Assembly: GCA_950097015.1 (NCBI GenBank)
Contig: CATNEN010000025.1
Location: 310,001-374,000, forward strand
DNA: 64,000 nucleotides
Direction: 5' to 3'
Source of the DNA: Macrostomum hystrix
Lineage: Eukaryota > Animalia > Platyhelminthes
In this document: positions 59,527 through 64,000 of the stretch, piece by piece
How the letters are laid out: each line of letters starts with the position of its first letter
Position numbering within the stretch: position 1 is the first letter of the stretch
Translations under genes and position numbers: made by a program
Notes under the pieces: generated by a model
Seen by the model: the letters and a program-made list of their open reading frames with translations, nothing else
The model's database searches: none
What the model was told of the DNA's origin: nothing

Positions 59527-60572
59527 CCTGCTGCGATTCTAGCTACACATCCTGCTGCGATTCTAGCTACACATCCGGCTGCGATTCTAGCTACACATCC
59601 TGCTGCGATTCTATCTACACATCCTGCTGCGATTCTAGTTACACATCCTGCTGCGATTCTATCTACACATCCTGCTGCGATTCTAGTTCCACATTCTGCT
59701 GCGATTCTAGCTACACATCCTGCTGCAATTCTATCTACACAACCTGCTGCAATTCTATCTACACATCCTGCTGCGATTCTATCTACACAACCTGCTGCAA
59801 TTCTATCTACACATCCTGCTGCGATTCTATCTACACATCCTGCTGCGATTCTATCTACACATCCTGCTGCAATTCTATCTACACATCCTGCTGCAATTCT
59901 ATCTACACATCCTGCTGCAATTCTATCTACACATCCTGCTGCAATTCTATCTACACATCCTGCTGCAATTCTATCTACACATCCTGCTGCGATTCTATCT
60001 ACACAACCTGCTGCGATTCTATCTACACATCCTGCTGCGATTCTAGCTACACATCCTGCTGCGATTCTATCTACACATCCTGCTGCGATTCTATCTACAC
60101 ATCCTGCTGCGATTCTATCTACACATTCTGCTGCGATTCTATCTACACATCCTGCTGCGATTCTATCTACACATCCTGCTGCGATTCTATCTACACATCC
60201 TGCTGCAATTCTATCTACACATCCTGCTGCAATTCTATCTACACATCCTGCTGCAATTCTATCTACACATCCTGCTGCAATTCTATCTACACATCCTGCT
60301 GCAATTCTATCTACACATCCTGCTGCGATTCTATCTACACAACCTGCTGCGATTCTATCTACACATCCTGCTGCGATTCTAGCTACACATCCTGCTGCAA
60401 TTCTATCTACACAACCTGCTGCGATTCTATCTACACATCCTGCTGCGATTCTAGCTACACATCCTGCTGCGATTATATCTACACATCCTGCTGCGATTCT
60501 ATCTACACATCCTGCTGCGATTCTATCTACACATTCTGCTGCGATTCTATCTACACATCCTGCTGCGATTCT
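59527..60572. repeat. 24-bp minisatellite CCTGCTGCGATTCTATCTACACAT, about 43 copies
   Basis: Direct periodicity; intergenic. Confidence 0.96.
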
Positions 60573-61179
60573 AGGTAACATATTTGTTATTCAATCCCAA
60601 ACTGCAGCCGTTCTGAAGTGATGAAAATGAACAAGACATTTAAATATCATGTTTTTTTCTGAGAAATTCTACTTCTGAAAACACAAAAGTATCAATACTT
60701 GTGACTAGAATATAATAAAATGTGCAATTTTTCTAGATTTAGAATTGTGCACAAAGCTTCTGCGGGTGCCCATGATGGTCAAACAGAATGAGCACTATTA
60801 GCCAGTCTAAGACAACAAACAGAACTGGGTAGACAGAAATAGTGTAATAAAGCTGACAGCGAAACTTGATGATGAAGTACTAGTACTTACACAGGTGCAA
60901 ATTCTTAAATAACATAGTATTTGGACAATTTATAAACAAATGAAGTAAAATTTTGAAAAGAATAGCAGTGAGATTTCGAAAACATTTTTACGGATTTAGC
61001 TGCTAATTTAAACAAATATTTACGACAGTCTCATTGGTAATTTAAAATATGAAAAAAGATTAAAAACAGAATAACAAACAACACTGAGATAGCAAAATAA
61101 AATGTTGTGTTTTAACTAACTAGACTAGTTCAATTTAAGACGAATAAATCTGAACTGTCCATTTGAACGTGTAAATGGA

Positions 61180-62014
61180 TTATCCTGAAACACGCGGGAC
61201 CTTGGATTATCCCGTGAATAATCCAAATTTACCTGCGAATTATTCCGACTAAGCATGATGGAAAATACACGGATTAATCTGCGGATTATCCTGACTCCCT
61301 TGGTATAAAATACACGGATTAACCTGTGGATTATCCTGACTTCCTTGGCGTAAAATACACGGATTAATCTGCGGATTATCCTGACTCCCTTGGTGTAAAA
61401 TACACGGATTAACCTGTGGATTATCCTGACTCCCTTGGTGTAAAATACACGGATTAACCTGTGGATTATCCTGACTCTCTTGGCGTAAAATACACGGATT
61501 AATTTGCGGATTATCCTGACTCCCTTGGTGTAAAATACACGGATTAACCTGTGGATTATCCTGACTCCCTTGGTATAAAATAGACGGATTAACCTGTGGA
61601 TTATCCTGACTCCCTTGGCGTAAAATACACGGATTAACCGGTGGATTATCCTAACTTCCTTCGTGTAAAATACACGGATTAACCTGTGGATTATCTTGAC
61701 TCCCTTGGTGTAAAATAGACGGATTAACCTGTGGATTATCCTGACTCCCTTGGTGTAAAATACACGGATTAACCTGTGGATTATCCTGACTTCCTTCGTG
61801 TAAAATACACGGATTAACCTGTGGATTATCCTGACTTCCTTGATATAAAATAGACGGATTAACCTGTGGATTATCCTAACTTCCTTCGTGCAAAATACAC
61901 GGATTAACCTGTGGATTATCCTGACTCCCTTGGTGTAAAATACACGGATTAACCTGTGGATTATCCTAACTTCCTTGATATAAAATACACGGATTAACCT
62001 GTGGATTATCCTAA
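61180..62014. repeat. 45-bp minisatellite AAAATACACGGATTAACCTGTGGATTATCCTGACTCCCTTGGTGT, about 17 copies
   Basis: Direct periodicity; begins about 30 nt downstream of the RIC-3 stop on the minus strand. Confidence 0.95.
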
Positions 62015-62041
62015 CGCCCAACTAGCAACAACTGACTACGC

Positions 62042-63203
62042 TCAGCTGTGCTCGGGCGCAGCTCTGCGTCGCCTCATCCCGACGCTTCGACCGTCCAAGT
62101 CGGCTGGCTCAGCGTCGGCATCGTCGTCCGATTCGGCGTCCTCGTCCTCGGCCTCGCCGTCAGGCCGGGGCCGCATGGCGGCCAGCACACCGGCCATCTG
62201 CCGCTCGGTGTCCTCCAGGCGAGCCTTCAGCCGCAGGAGGTCGACCTCGGAGGCGTCCTGATCGTCAACTCGATGAAGCAGGCGCTCGAGATCGGCGCGC
62301 ATTTGCTGATAGCGTGCCTCCCTGTCCCCCTCTGGCATGGCGTTGCGGGCCAGACCACCGCCGAAATAGTCGTCAGTTGACTGGGGCCCGTTAACAAACT
62401 GACCGCTGACCTAGCAGAGAAAAGAAGGCAAATAACTCAACCCTGACGAACTGGGGATTAATGGAGATAACGAATAATAAAGAATGAAATTGAACTAAAG
62501 TACCTGAAAAACTATCGCTACAGAAAAATTTGCTGAATCAAACTGTTCTCACTGTAAGCTCACTTAGAATCTCAGAAGAATCTCACTGGTATCTCAGAAG
62601 AATCTCCCTAGAATCTCACTGGAATCTCCCTAGAATCTCACTGGAATCTCCCTAGAATCTCACTGAAATCTCAGAAGAATCTCACTAGAATCTCACTGGA
62701 ATCTCGCTAGAATCTCCCTAGAATCTGATTGGAATCTCCGTAGAATCTCACTGGAATCTCCATAGAATCTCACTGGAATCTCCCTAGAATCTCACTGGAA
62801 TCTCCCTAGAATCTCCGTAGAATCTCACTGGAATCTCAAAAGAATCTCACTGAAATCTCCCGAGAATCTCGCAGGTATCTCCATAAAATCCCACTGGAAT
62901 CTCAGTAAAATCTCACTAGAATCTTATTAAAATCTTAAAGCGAATCTCACGGGATCGTAGCGAAAGTTTCTATAAAAGTCGCGCAAAGCCCGCTCCCGCA
63001 TCTCCTCCGCTGTCGAAGTGGACGACGCCGAGAGGCCACCCGACGTCGCCCGTTTGAAACTCGCCGCGGCAGCGCCGGCGCCACCGCCAGAGGCGAAAGC
63101 TCTGACAAGAGTATAGGCCAGGTACAGCGCAATGCCAACCGCGTACACGGGCAGGGCTATGGTTGCCAGGCCGCCCCGCTTGCCGCCGATGCCACCACCA
63201 CCA

Positions 63204-63255
<52 letters not shown>

Positions 63256-63383
63256 CGCCGCCGTCAACAGCAGGCTGATCTTTAGCTTCAAGATTGGAGC
63301 CGGAAGTTGCGCCGCGGCCAGGATCACGACGGCCTCCGGGCAGCGGCGGATTGCGCAGCTGACTCGGGTGCAGGCTGGCGGCG
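62042..63383 (-). CDS. RIC3: RIC-3 (nicotinic acetylcholine receptor chaperone) homologue, 5'-partial; join(63383..62951,62410..62042)
   Basis: Poly-Gly then KRGGLATIALPVYAVGIALYLAYTLVR resembles the RIC-3 TM2 region (GRGLMGQIIPIYGFGIFLYILYILFK in human, from memory), followed by coiled coil LLRLKARLEDTERQMAGVLAAM and an acidic tail. The intron is GT-AG phase 0; upstream exon(s) lie beyond the window. Confidence 0.8.
62566..62925. repeat. 11-bp minisatellite GAATCTC(A/C)CT(G/A) (RIC-3 intron)
   Basis: Degenerate periodicity. Confidence 0.88.
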
Positions 63384-63519
63384 CTGCGGGGGGCAGGGGA
63401 AGGCAGGCGAAGAGCGCTTTAGCACTGGGGGATGCACGAGAGTCAGCACCTAGCTCGTAATCCTATCGCATTGAATGATTGGGATAATTCACTGGATCAC
63501 AGAGTCTACTTAAAGTGGG

Positions 63520-64000
63520 TAGAGTAGTATGGTTGAATGGGATGCGATGGGGAAAAATGTACGGTGGAATGGGATGGGATGGTATATGATCCAATGGGAT
63601 GACATTGGATGGGAGGAGATGGGATAAGATGGGATGGGATGACATTGGATGGGATAAGATAGGATGGGATGGGATGGGATAATATGGGATTGGATGGGAT
63701 GAGATAGGATGGGATGGGATGGGATAATATGGGATGGGATGGGATGAGATAGGATGGGATGGGATGGGATAATATGGGATGGGATGGGATGGGATAAGAT
63801 GGGATGACATTGGATCGGATAAGATAAGATAGGATGGGATGGGATGACATTGGATGGGATAAGATGGGATGACATTGGATGGGAAAAGATGGGATGACAT
63901 TGGATGGGATGAGATGGGATGGGATAAGATGGGATGACATTGGATGGGATAAGATAAGATAGGATTTGATGGGATGGGATAAGATAAGATAGGATGTGAT
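63520..64000. repeat. (GATGG/GATAA)n pentamer-based repeat, runs off the window end
   Basis: Directly visible. Confidence 0.92.

Noticed and set aside
59484-62021. Intergenic repetitive ORFs (365, 368, 298 aa)
   Set aside because: Unit lengths of 24 and 45 bp are multiples of three, which keeps frames open trivially; no coding evidence.

Overview
Eukaryotic (animal) genomic DNA with spliceosomal GT-AG introns; nothing prokaryotic, no CRISPR array and no rRNA/tRNA gene was found. Three protein-coding genes could be assembled by hand with phase-consistent splice sites. (1) PIGS, GPI transamidase subunit, + strand, 5 exons, 785-6475. (2) A still life / TIAM1-family Rac GEF (EVH1-like, PH-CC-Ex, RBD, PDZ, DH, PH), + strand, 18 coding exons, 19023-58130, about 2056 aa. 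(3) A 5'-partial RIC-3 homologue, - strand, 63383-62042, tail-to-tail with the GEF. Roughly half of the window (my estimate about 32 kb) is tandem repeat: about 30 unrelated minisatellites with 5-62 bp units, usually one or two families per intron. They produce nearly all the long ORFs in the supplied track, which are artefacts. Interspersed elements are four copies of a tRNA-derived SINE in introns of the GEF (one supplies an intron's 5' splice site, one has a clear target-site duplication) and a 5'-truncated LINE 3' end inside a trinucleotide microsatellite. GC-rich polyQ-laden exons with minisatellite-filled introns resemble the flatworm Macrostomum lignano (inference, not verified). I found no evidence for a wholly new biological system; the best leads concern how SINEs and minisatellites interact with splice signals.
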